NCBI RefSeq assembly: GCF_002105155.1
Contig: NW_019029004.1
Coordinates: forward strand, 124,001 to 188,000
Origin: Lobosporangium transversale
Taxonomy: Eukaryota
DNA length: 64,000 bases
Reading direction: 5' to 3'
The notes beneath the pieces are model-generated. The model was not told the DNA's origin, searched no databases, and was given only the letters and a program-made list of their open reading frames with translations. A program made the translations under genes and the position numbers. Below are positions 23,190 through 35,262 of this stretch, one piece after another. Position 1 is the stretch's first letter. Each line of letters begins with the position of its first letter.

Positions 23190-24859
23190 ATGATACATGT
23201 TGTTCGTCCCAAGACGACAGTATTTGCTTCGCCCTTTGTAAACACACATGCAATGCGCATGGAAATCGCTCTCCGCCATGGAGACACATACCTCCTCACA
23301 CCCATACAAGTGCCAGTAAAGGGTTGGAGCATCCGCTCTGGCACCTTCCGTGTCGCAAAGCCGTACGACAATTCTACCGACTCGTGTCAAATTAGCCCGC
23401 TATTCTCCTCCCGAGGAACCGAACTTGATACTACATCTACTCAAGACAGTGCTTCACCTCCTGTTCGCAAGAAACAAAAATTACCAAAGAGAAACAAAAA
23501 AGATACATCTGGCGATGCTCATGACGAAGCGACTCAATGGATCCTATCACAGTTTCATACTCTTCTAGAACAGAAAGAGATGCGATCATACATCGAGGAT
23601 ATTCAAGGAGACTATTTCTACGGAACATCTGTCGATGTTCCAGCAGATAATACGTTTGCATTAAATCTGGTAGAGCTTCAACCGACAATGCGTATGCTCA
23701 AGTCAGGGTTCATGTCCACTGGTGATATGGGTAGCGATAAAAGTGAGGAAACTACATTTGAAGATTTTCAACTTCGACCAGACCTGCAGCAATTGGACTT
23801 GAGCGACATATATGAGACGCTCGTCGTAAACAATAACTCCGATCCAGCGATCATCTCGTTCCCTATAGAAGGGTCCCCGCGATATCTAATACCCCCACAT
23901 TCAGGGTTCATAATCTCGGATTTGGACAGGATCCATGGTTTAAAGAGCATAGGTATTGCAATGCTCCATGAATCCACCGTTTCTGTATTGGATCGTTTGA
24001 TACTAATAAGCCACATCTCTTTGCAAACATATTTACTAGCAAAAGATAGAGAAGGGTTCGATATCATTGTGATGGACCCACCATGGCAGAATGCATCGGT
24101 TGATCGAATGAGTCATTATAGGACAATGGATTTATATGAGCTGTTCAAGATACCTATTCCTGATCTGCTGAAGGCAAATGGGAGTAATGTTGGTGGAATA
24201 GTAGCTGTATGGATAACAAACAAGGCCAAAGTCAAAAGGGTTGTAGTAGAGAAGCTGTTCCCTGCATGGGGTCTTGATTTGGTTGCACACTGGTTTTGGC
24301 TCAAAGTACGTTTTGAGCTACTGCTAAATTGAACATTGTAAATAATCCCTGGATCGCTTTTTCCTCCGCATTAACATAAATACTTTATGCGAATTAGGTT
24401 ACTACCAAAGGCGAGCCAGTGCTTAGCCTCAGCAATTCACATCGACGAGCATATGAGGGTGTATTGATAGGGAGACAGAGGCAAGGCTCAAAGCTATCGA
24501 ATAAGACCATGCATGAGACATCTGCCTCAAATCCAGTAAACAGGCTACTAGTGAGCATACCGGCTCAGCATTCACGCAAACCATCTCTCAATGCTCTTAT
24601 TGAAGAAGAATTTTTCACATCAAAACTCGAATCCCGAGCAGATCGAGATCGCAATGCGTATGTCGACAGTGAAGCATTGGTAAAGAAACCACTTTATCGA
24701 CTTGAGCTTTTTGCCCGGAACCTAGAGGAAGGCGTATTATCGTGGGGCAATGAACCGCTTCGTTATCAATACTGTGGACGAGGAGCAAGCAATTCTCAGG
24801 TCGTGCAGGATGGATATTTGATTCCTTGTCCCATTCAATCTGAATTGGTTTCCCAATGA
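23190..24859 (+). CDS. METTL4: MT-A70 family N6-adenine methyltransferase, METTL4-like; exons 23190-23952, 24040-24305, 24398-24859
   Basis: Catalytic DIIVMDPPWQNASV, VAVWITNK, WLKVTTKGEPV (formed across intron 2), HSRKP and LELFARNL...WGNE. Confidence 0.85.
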
Positions 24860-25083
24860 TTCCTATAATATGCTCGCTAGACCAAGTCTTGATATCCGCA
24901 TAAGATAGATTGATATCCTCGATATGGACGTTGATTTAATCCAAATGAGAAGGAAAAGAGAAATATAAAAAAAGACTTTATGAATAAGCTAGCAATGATT
25001 GATCCTGCCTGATGTGTTATCTAAATTGATCTGATCCGAGGTCATCTCTTATGCACTTCATATATTTCCGATTATTTGCTATG

Positions 25084-25488
25084 CTATGCCAACGTCCTGG
25101 AAGAAGGCCCACGACCTTTCATATCCCGATAGCAGTGCATGCAAAGATGGTGCATCAGTTTAGCATGCCCGCATCCAGGGCACTGGACAATATTGTGTTG
25201 CTCTTTGAGCCCTTTGGTCGCTTGACGCATGCGCTTCTTGGAATGCGAGGTCTTGCTCTTGGGGACTGATGCCCAGACGATCGAAGGGAGCAAGTCAGAG
25301 ATGTAGGAGCCAAGACGACCGAGAACTGTTGTGGAGCTATTGGTTGCACTCAAGGTATTATTGTTATTGTCGTTTATTATAAATGCCGAAGAGGTAGGGC
25401 GGACGACAGAGTATGAGCTAAAAGCACGAAGGATTACGAGGTTGGAGGTAGGCTTTACAGCCCTTGATGCAATGTTAAGAAGGGACAT
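25084..25488 (-). CDS. MRPL32: Mitochondrial ribosomal protein bL32m with presequence
   Basis: S/R-rich presequence, then VPKSKTSHSKKRMR and zinc-knuckle CPGCGHAKLMHHLCMHC. Confidence 0.93.
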   Translation of the reverse strand: MSLLNIASRAVKPTSNLVILRAFSSYSVVRPTSSAFIINDNNNNTLSATNSSTTVLGRLGSYISDLLPSIVWASVPKSKTSHSKKRMRQATKGLKEQHNIVQCPGCGHAKLMHHLCMHCYRDMKGRGPSSRTLA

Positions 25489-25863
25489 TATACTGGCTGC
25501 TATGTAGAGAGAGGTGAATGCAAGGAGATACCAGCAGTAATGGGGGAATGCAAATACCACTTCCTTCACCTGGAACACACCATGGTTGTTTATATTTCAA
25601 GCCACGCGGATTGATCCTTCTCCTTGAGGAGATATTTGTGCACGTGATTATTTCGCACCTTGTAGAAATCTAAGTAACGCAAATGTGCTCCATATATGGC
25701 ATGTTTACAGGGCCACACGGACGTATTTTTTCCCTTAGCAAGGGATGGTATGATAGGGTATCAGATTCAATGCTAGTGGGCACCTTTCTCTTTTTTTTAT
25801 TTTCCCAAGCTCATTTCATTTTCATTCTCATCTTCTTTACACACCGTAAAAAATTTATCTCTC

Positions 25864-27787
25864 ATGAAAGTGTTTCTCAATATCTCTCTGGTGCTTACGT
25901 TGGCACTGTTGACCACCCAGGCAACAACTGCCCAGTTATGCCAAATGGATATGGAGCATAGCAATAACGACAATAACACCCCATTGATTTCAGAAGTAAA
26001 CCAATTTCCCTCCAGTGCTCAGGTAGTCTTTGGTGGTCGTCGTCACGGTAATCCTCGTCGCATTGAGCACTACGTCGAAACCTTTGGTATCAAAAAAGGT
26101 AACAAGGATATGCTAATTGAACAAATATCCGTTCTTTTTTACTCAGTCTCTCTTTCCATCTTTCATCAACATCAGTTTATTAACATCTCTACATGCGTAT
26201 TTTGTAAATATATTTTTTAGTCAGTTACCCGCGTGAGCTCGAAAACCACGCGTTGGTCCGTTTCAATGCCCGCAAGCACCATGTAGATTTCCCTATCCCA
26301 GCCCACTACACATCGCTATTAACTGCAAATAGCGATCCAATCGAGATCATGCTTGACCAGCTCGATGTATGGTCCCGCACTCGTGACTCAGATGTGGTAC
26401 TTGCCCACTTTACTGACAAGCAGTTCCAATTATTTGAACAAACTATGCGTCAAAAAGGTGTCCCTGAAGGCAAGGATGACTGGGAAGTGGTGGAGCGAGA
26501 TCTTCAAAAACTAGCAGACGAAGATGCAGAAAAGATTTACATGACTGCGGTGGCTCTGAAGCTTCAAAAGATAAATGACAAGAAGGAGGACAAGCCCAAG
26601 AAGAGAGTTGATTTTGATACCTGGTTTAACAATTACCATGAACACACTGAAATCAAGGATTTCTACCTCCAGTTGGCAGATGACTATCCGGAGCTAATCT
26701 CATTCATCCCATCAATCGGCAAGACAGTCGAAGGAAAGGATATCTTTGCAATTAAATTGACTGCCAAAGAGAAAGATGGCTCTATCCGTGAGAAGCCTCA
26801 AATCTGGTGGCAGGGGCTGTAAGTACTTTCCTTCCCCCTCTTTCATTGTCGCTGTTGTTGCTGCTGTTACTGTTACCAAGTTATAAGTATTAATTTATTA
26901 TTTGTTATTTACGGCCTTTTTTCTGAATTTGCTTCAGTCAGCATGCTCGTGAATGGGCTGGCGGCTCCACAGGTATACGAATACTATCAAAAAAGATAAA
27001 ACTGCATTAATGGATGACTATCCCTCACTCACTCACTCACTCTCCTTCATCTATAGTCCAATACCTTACGTATCATTTCTCATCCAAATATGGCAAGGAC
27101 AAGAATATCACCGCTCTGCTGCATGATACTGAGTTCATCATCGTGCCTGTCATGAACATTGATGGTTACGAATACACTTGGTCCCGAAACCGTCTCTGGC
27201 GCAAGAACCGTCGGAACAACGGCCTCGGATCCTGGGGTGTTGATCTCAATCGAAACTGGGATGACCATTTTGGTGAGGGTGGCTCTAGCAACTTCCCTTG
27301 GAGTGAGACCTACCGTGGGCCTCATGCAGCATCCGAGCCCGAGGTCCAGGCCATGCAAAACTTCTTTAGCCAACAGAAGCGAATTGTCGGTGCTATTGAT
27401 TTCCACTGCTACTCTCAGCTGGTTCTTCGTCCTGAGGGTTGGACTACTGCTCCCGCGCCTCATGAAAAAGAGCACAAGTTTGTAGGCGATAAAATTGCTA
27501 GCATCATCAAAGATGTCCATGGCAAGAAATATATCAGTGAACCTTCTGTGGCGCTATACAAGACAACAGGCGCAGGAAGTGATTGGTTTTATGGTGAGAT
27601 GGCAACCAAAGCCAACAATGGACAGAGAGTGTACTCTTATACAATCGAGTTAAGACCTTCTGATACCAACCCTGGTGGAAGGAGTGGATTTATCTTGCCT
27701 CCTGAAGAGATTATTCCTCTGGGCGAGGAGATTGCCAAAGCGATGGAATTCTTTGTGGATTATGTTGTCAAGAACCCTTTGAAGTAA
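25864..27787 (+). CDS. Secreted M14 zinc carboxypeptidase with signal peptide and prodomain; exons 25864-26098, 26221-26818, 26938-26972, 27057-27787
   Basis: Hydrophobic N-terminus. QHAREW zinc motif on a 35-nt exon, PVMNIDGYEY, WRKNR, GVDLNRNW, IDFHCYSQ and YTIELRP. Confidence 0.93.
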
Positions 27788-29294
27788 TATGTCTTCTCCC
27801 GTATGAAAGAGATGAATAAGAATAAAAGATCCGTTGTATTACCTTTTTAAGATTGCGCTTTTATGCTGAAGAATATATAATTCCAAGCATGACTGTCGCC
27901 CTTTCTCTTTTCGTGAGAGAAGTGTCTTTATGGATAATTATTCAGATATTTGTATTTCGTGCTTGGAATGCCTATTCCATCACCAAAAACTGTCCAGCCT
28001 TATGATTTACACAAGGACCTAATTTCTCGCTACAGCAACCCTTTTGCCGTGATGGCAATTGATCATGCAGCTGAAAAAGCGCCGTAAAATGGACAATGTC
28101 TATTGGATTAAAGTTTATGTGGAAGATCTGAAATTTATTTCAATGTAAGTATAATTCGGCGGTTAATATTTTATGGATCAATTGACAACCGATGCAAGTC
28201 AAGAGCATGCCTGAACAGCCTGGATGAACATTAGGCGTGCCTTTTCTCCAATGTTTATTACCATTACTTTGAGCCTTCAAGATGAAAAAGGCAGAAAACC
28301 ATCGAGTAACCCACCCTATAGTGTTTACGATTTCAACTCGGATATGTTTACTCTATTAGTTAGTGCTTTGTAGTTTTCCGAGGCTTTAAGGCATTCGAAT
28401 GATAAAAGGTGCTGCCAAATGCGGTTTAATAAGATTGATCCGTTATCTCACCCTTGCCTGAAAAAGTATATACTGGAAGCTTATAACGGTTTCTTAACGA
28501 AGCAATGCATTTTTGTATTAAGGTGTCTAATAGTCATCATATTTTTCAACTGAGAGGATGTCTCCAAGGTGCAACGGAAGTGCAGTATTTTTTTATACCA
28601 TCTATTAGTGTCAGTGTTGAAAAGATGGCAGGAACCCAGCTCCTTTAGGTTTGAGCTGATAAAAAAAAAAGGATTTTACCACGTGTTGACTGATGCAGAA
28701 CGCTGTTTTGTGTTAATTCATGCTTTGACGGAGTTAATTTCTTGCTGTGCTCACATTCGTCTCAGTGTGTCCTATTGAAAATGTGGTGGACATTCATCGA
28801 TTGGGCTACATAATAGCAATGCTATTACAGGCCATGGTGGCAAAGCGGGTCCTTGGAAACCTGGAAGAGGAAGGTGAGGAGATGACCCTAGTTATCTTTT
28901 TGCTCTTGAATGATTATTCTCGACTTGTGTGCACCAGCCAGTCAGGATAAACAAATTATCAAATGCCTGAGAAATGTGTCACCTTAATTAAAGACAAAAG
29001 CTTATTTTTTGCGCCCAAAATACTTTTTTTTTTTTTTGGAGTAGAAGAGGAAGGATGATGAGAACAAATTGTTTCCTTCTTTGTTTTTCATTTCCATTTT
29101 ACATTCTACATTCTACACTTTACATTGCCACCATTGCTCTTCCCACATTCCATTTCCCTCATAGCAACTATTGTATTCGCATCATTCTCTCTTACGTTAT
29201 TTTCTTTTCTTATTTTCATTTTCTCCTCCTGTCCTAAAGGACACAGACAACGCCAAGCACTTGACGTACACTTGGAACCACACAGACATAAAAA

Positions 29295-30560
29295 ATGACG
29301 GCATCAAGCCCAGAGATATCGGACGGTGAAAGGAATAACTTTCAACATCACCATCTACCGAGGCAACCATCTTCTATCGCTCGTTCACAATCACGCCATA
29401 ATCGTCTGACAGCCCTGCCAGACCTTCCTCCTCCTCCACCTCCTCACGACGATATCCCTCTATCTTCTTCCTCTCCTCCCTCTCATAATCCCATTATTGA
29501 CCTTCACCACCTCGAGAAAGGAGGAAAGCCTTCTCAGACACAAGACTCTCAATATCCTCTCCCAGTCATTCCTCCGCTAACTCCCTCTAAATCCTTCTAC
29601 AACAAAATCAAGTTCTCGCGCGCTTCTAGAGATGCTTCTCCCACATTTCTTGAAACTTACATGGCAAAACACCCCCGGATTGCACGGCATCGTCGTCGAT
29701 TTGCAGCCTTAATTTTCTTTAGCGTTGTAATTGTACTACTATTGGTGGTTCTTTTGGCTGTTGTTTTAAGTCGCAAAGCATCCAATAGTGGCTCGGGTGG
29801 ATATGGCCAACCTATTGGGGGAGAAAGCGGAGGAACCTATCCTACCTCACCAGAAATAGAAGAAGAGCTCAGGGAACATAATGCAAATATCCCTAGACCA
29901 CCCATTAATCGAAGTAATGCCCCAGGATGGGTCAAGTCTGGTCAAGGAGATGGGACGTACTATGGTAAGAGAATGATCCTCAGGAGTATTTTATTCATTC
30001 TTGTGTCAATGCATTGCTCTTTTTTTTTTTTGAGATTTAACATCCGACCATTGTCTTGAAAAAATAAAGACCCAGCAATTAAGAATGGTGCAGGCACGTT
30101 TCAACAAGGAGCATGTGAGTTTCCTTACATCAACTCTGTCTACGACATGATTGCTGCACTTAATAAACCCGACTTTGGTTCTTTTACCTATGCCAGTCAA
30201 TCTCCTGCATGTGGGCAATGTCTTATTGTGAGGGGACCCAAAGGCACAGTGGAAGTTCAAGTGGTTGATATGGTAAGGATATATCTGTTTTAGTAAAAAA
30301 AAGTTCATTAATATCTCTTCCCGCTCTTTTTTTTTGGCCGTTAAGAAAGCAAAAGCGCAATATTCTGCAGGAAATGATTCTATTTCCTCTTTTTCCTTAG
30401 TTATTTGCTGACACAAATATTTCTTTTTTCTTTTTCCTTTTTTATTTTTTAGTGTCCCGGATGCAAGTCTGGGTCCTTGGACCTGTCACCAGGCGCATTC
30501 GCACGTATTGCAGACATTGATGCAGGACGTGTGCCTATTTCATGGGAACGGTGCCCATAG
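29295..30560 (+). CDS. Membrane-anchored RlpA-like/expansin-like double-psi beta-barrel protein; exons 29295-29964, 30070-30271, 30453-30560
   Basis: Spliced product reads GDGTYYD...GAC...IAALN...SPACGQCLIVRGPKGTVEVQVVDMCPGCKSGSLDLSPGAF. One TM helix follows RHRRRF. Confidence 0.85.
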
Positions 30561-30831
30561 AGTTGAATATACCCCTTTCCTTCCTTCTCTCCCGACTTGA
30601 ATACAATTGCTAAACTATAGTCTGATATAAACCCACTGTAATAACATAATACAGGATATTACATAATACACAAAACTCTACGGATTTTTTCCCTTATCCC
30701 CCTCAACTCGTTCCTTTATTTAATATTTGTAAAAATACATGCATGTAAATGTTGTTTGATGAAAAAATAAAAGTAAAACAGGATTTTTTCTGTTTTTTTT
30801 TTTTTTTTTTTTTTTTTTTTTGTTTGCTTCT

Positions 30832-33217
30832 TCAGCAAATATCGCTGTTGCAGGCCCACTGGACGGATCCATCCTTGACCTTACCCAACACCAACAAAGC
30901 TTTAATAATGCCAGCAACACCGACACCACTGATGAAACCACCTGCAACACTGTACATCAGCTTTTCATGAGACATTTGATTGACTCGCTTCCAGATCCTG
31001 CCTCCAGTCCAGCCTATGACCATAGCCAATGCTAATGCAGGTGAAGGGTTAATCATACCAAGACCCACGGCGTTCAAATTGATCCAATATGGGCGGTACT
31101 TCTCAGGAACCAATTTGATGCGGATCAAAATGTTAGCAATCGCAAGGAACGCAAACACAATCGCCGTAATCCATGAGCCACGTGGGACAGAGCCTCCAGT
31201 CTATGCGGAACGGGAAATACAGTTGATTAGATATTGCATGAAGAGAACAAAAAAAAAAAAAAAAAAAAAAAAAGCTTCTTCTGGGGGAGAGAGAGAATGA
31301 TCCTTACAGTCAAGATCTCGCAGACAGATTGCCAGGTGACGACTGCGACCAAACCGAATTCACACTTCTTGATCGAAGCATCCACAATACAACGATAAGC
31401 CTCTGTATAAAGAATAAACAATGGAACTGCTGCAGCGATTGCGAAGACTGAGCCCACCATTTGAGCCAAGAACTGAGAACGAGGTGAGGCATTCAATAAA
31501 TGACCTGTCTTCAAATCTCCGACCATATCGACGGCTTGAGAGCAGATAGAAGCCGAGATATTGGCGCACATCAGGTTGGTCTTCTGGACTACTGCCAATT
31601 CTCCAGGGAAACGAGAAAAGACCAACTGGGTAACTTTACCAATCGATCCTGTAGGATTGATATCAGTCTCGCCTGAGGCTTGAAGTCCCACAAACGCAAG
31701 CATAAATGACAGGATGATGGCAATGATAGTTGAATATACTGGCACCTTGAAATCAACAGCCATCAAAACAATCGTAAACACTCCCGAGACAAGCAGTCCG
31801 CTGACCCACCAGAGTGTAGGGACTTGAAGGTGAGGAGGAACAGGATCCTTACTAACATAGTTACTCGAATCTGCCAGCTGACTACGTTTTGTCAAACGGC
31901 GAATCAAGTTACGAGCAGCCTGAACACCACTAGTGACACCGTGCCAGAGCGATTTTCCATTGACACCTAGTTCTCCAAAGGCAGTGAAGACCATCAGGGC
32001 AATACCGGGCCAAAGGAACCATGACTGAGCTGTACCATTGCGGGGCTCGGTGAAACCGCGGGGACCCTCCAAGTAACCTGAATCAACCATCAAAGGGCCC
32101 GCCAGACCATACGCGATGAACTCTCCAAGCATGAATGACCAGACAGTAGATCCAGGAGTCATCAGACCGGCACCAAAGAATGAGAAGTCAAAGCTAAAAG
32201 CCCAACCCCAGACCTGATCCGCATGCTGCATCTTCAAGTAACTGGTTGCATGCCCGATCCAGTAGAGGATATGGACTGTGTCAAAGATACCGGGGATAAA
32301 GTTACCAAGGAGGACAAATGCCATAGCCACAAAAAAGGAGATGATCATGACCAATGCAGTCTTCTTGGCATCTGCAGCAGCCTTGGATCCAGTCTTGTGC
32401 AGATTTCGAATTGTCTCTGCTGCTGCGCGAGGTGTAGGGAAGACCAAATCTTGGTTGATGACAAAATGGGTACGAAGAGGGACAGCAAAGAACATGCCAA
32501 AGAAGGCAGCACATGTAGTCCAGAGAACCAAGGTGAGAACATCATCTTTGGGCATATGACCCTCACCCATTAAGCCCATTCGATACAGCGCAGGGATTGC
32601 AGTAACAAAGCCTGTAGAGAGGCCACCAGCAGTGGTGGCTGCAGCTTGACAAGTGGCGTTTTCACGGGGTCCAAATGAATCGCCCATGAGTCGAGATAAA
32701 GGCTTAAGAATAATGAATCCAAAAATGGCTCCCCAAAGCGAGGCACCAAAAGTCCAACCGATCTTGAGACCGACATACAAATTACTGGCTGCGACAACAC
32801 ATCCTAAAAGAGAACCGACGATAGCTGCGCGCCTGATGAAGGAAAAAAAAAAAAAAAAAAAAAAAGATATCATGAATAATGTGATTGTTGATCTTTTTTT
32901 GATTGTCATCAGTTTAGGCAGACACAAACAACAAAGGACCCTTTTTTTCTTTGTTTGTACGTTTGTGCGTTTGTTTGTTTGTATGACATGACATCTTACC
33001 AAGTGAATTGATGCTCTTCAGGTGGAAATTCTTCGTCATTAAACTGTGCATTCCCATTATCTGAGCGTTTATCCTCTTGGAAATCCACCGACTGATCAGG
33101 ATGCACATAATCATCGGCCTTGAAGGAAGCAGGGCGACCTAAAGGATGGTGGACATGATCTTCTTCGAGATATTCAGTTTTCTCATGCGGAGGGAATCCT
33201 TCTTTCTCTGTAGACAT
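30832..33217 (-). CDS. OPT-superfamily (YSL-type) oligopeptide/metal-chelate transporter; exons ~33217-33000, 32833-31308, 31201-30832
   Basis: FTWRAAIVGSLLG...SNLYVGLKIGWTFGA, FGPRENAT, LVFPTPRA, GETDINP and DMVGDLKTGHLLNASPRSQF. Confidence 0.93.
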
Positions 33218-35262
33218 TTACTGTTATTATTATTATTATTATATATATATTGTGAGGGTATGAGTGAAAGGGAAAGAGGTTGAAGAGAAAGTGATGACAA
33301 TGATCCAATTGAACTGGAAGAAAAAAAAAAAAAAAAAAAAAAAAAAGTGAAGGAAAGTAAAGTAAAGGAACAGGAAGAACCGGAGAAGAGTGGCTGGTTG
33401 TTGGTTGAAGGGTTGGAGGATAAGAGGCGATAGAGAGAAGGGTAGTAAGAGTGTTCCTGAATGCCAGAAACAGCTGATCACGGGTATGAAAATATTAAAA
33501 CAGATGTCAATCAAACGAGAAAAAGAAGTGTGTATTTGTATGATTTTTTTTTAATTTTTTTATAATGATGAATGAAATGAGGTGTTTGCCATCCTCACGG
33601 AAGCCAAATTAATTACACAACAGGTATAAGAAAGAAGCCAGGGGTTTAGTCTCTACTGAAGGATGTTGATCCGATCCTATCATCCATCCGAACGGAAAGG
33701 AGACCCGATCAGTCCCAGCTAAAGACTCATGCAGTTTGTTTAGAGAAGGCTTGTTTATTAATTGATTGGACTAAGGACCGTGTGAATGTCCGCAAATGAA
33801 ACTCAGTCAGAGCCTCATTCAATCAAAAAGTACAATGGAAAGGTGAGTTGGACAATGGATCAAGTCCTATTGGACAAATTACGACAATTCAGTTAAAACA
33901 GCATATTTTCTTTGTGTTTCATTCTTTTTTTGTGCTTACTCGTCATTATTATGGATCAAAGGATGGAAACATGGTCTAAGGTTTGCTCTTTCGAAGGGAT
34001 ACATATTATACGTTGTTATATGTATAATTTGCTGATCGCTTCAGCCTTGCCCCATGGTCTTGTTGACATTCCACATCTCCATGCTAACCTAACATACCTT
34101 TTTTTTTTTTTTTAATTTTCAGGACAAAGTTGACCACTTTTGGAAGTCATTCTGAAATATTTACCATAAATGAAAGGCGCCAAATGGATCGGATGAACTC
34201 TTTATTTGTGTACAAAATTCTCATGGGAAAAATGAAACACCGAATGGCGTTTTCACCATTTAAATAAATATTAAATCAGGCACAGTCTCACAGATGCTTA
34301 AAGGGACCATTTGTCGTAAAGGCAAGAGAATGCAGAGCCAACCTGGATCTACCAAAGAACACATCAGCTCATTTGCAACGCGTCCAATGACTGTAGTAAG
34401 TGTGATACTGCGCATTTTGTGTCGATCAAGAGATCAGGAACGTCAATGTAGTTGATAACTAGGTGAATCCTTTTCTTCCCTCTTGACTTTGTGTTTGCCA
34501 ATGAATGATCCTTATTGCAGAACATGGCAGGGTCTTGCTGTCGTAACGTAGGCATAACCAATGAACAAAAGTGCTAATCATATTTATGGAATGGGTAATG
34601 CTCTAAAAGACCACTCTCATATGAATCGAAGCCACTGTAGAGGATCCTTTGGAGGTATGATTGACTGCTAGCCAAGTGTTTCCAAAGCACAGTCAATCAT
34701 CACTGCAATCGATTGTTCTCAGCAACGCTATCACCTCTGACGGTAAGGAATGGACGATCTATGCAGTGTGCCTATAAGTCTTTAGTTAATTTCCTTGTAC
34801 AATTCTTTTCCATCAGCCGATTACAAAATCTGTGAACAGCCAACTAGGATAAAGCTTTCACGACATGATATGAAATAATGCTTTCGCATCGTTCATACCG
34901 ACTTGGTCAAGAAAATGGAATTTGCCACATGTTTTACAGCCTTTTTCTTCTTTTTTTCTCGTCTGTTTCTTTATTTTAGTTTACATCAGCTATTCGTTTG
35001 ACTTCAATACGACGATGTATGATTAAACAATTGGTTATGGATATAAAGATAAATTAATTAATAAAAAAGAATAGGCAAATGCCTGGTATCATAGAAAAGA
35101 CGTTAAACGTGATAAAAGCGAACGAACAAGACAGAGACAAAGAAGAAATAATTAAAAATTAAATAGAAATTAAATAGAGGCAGAGATGATGTGATCGAGA
35201 GCATAGATTGCTTCATGACCTAGCAAACTAAGCGCTTCGGGTGTCGGTTATTCCTTTTTTTT

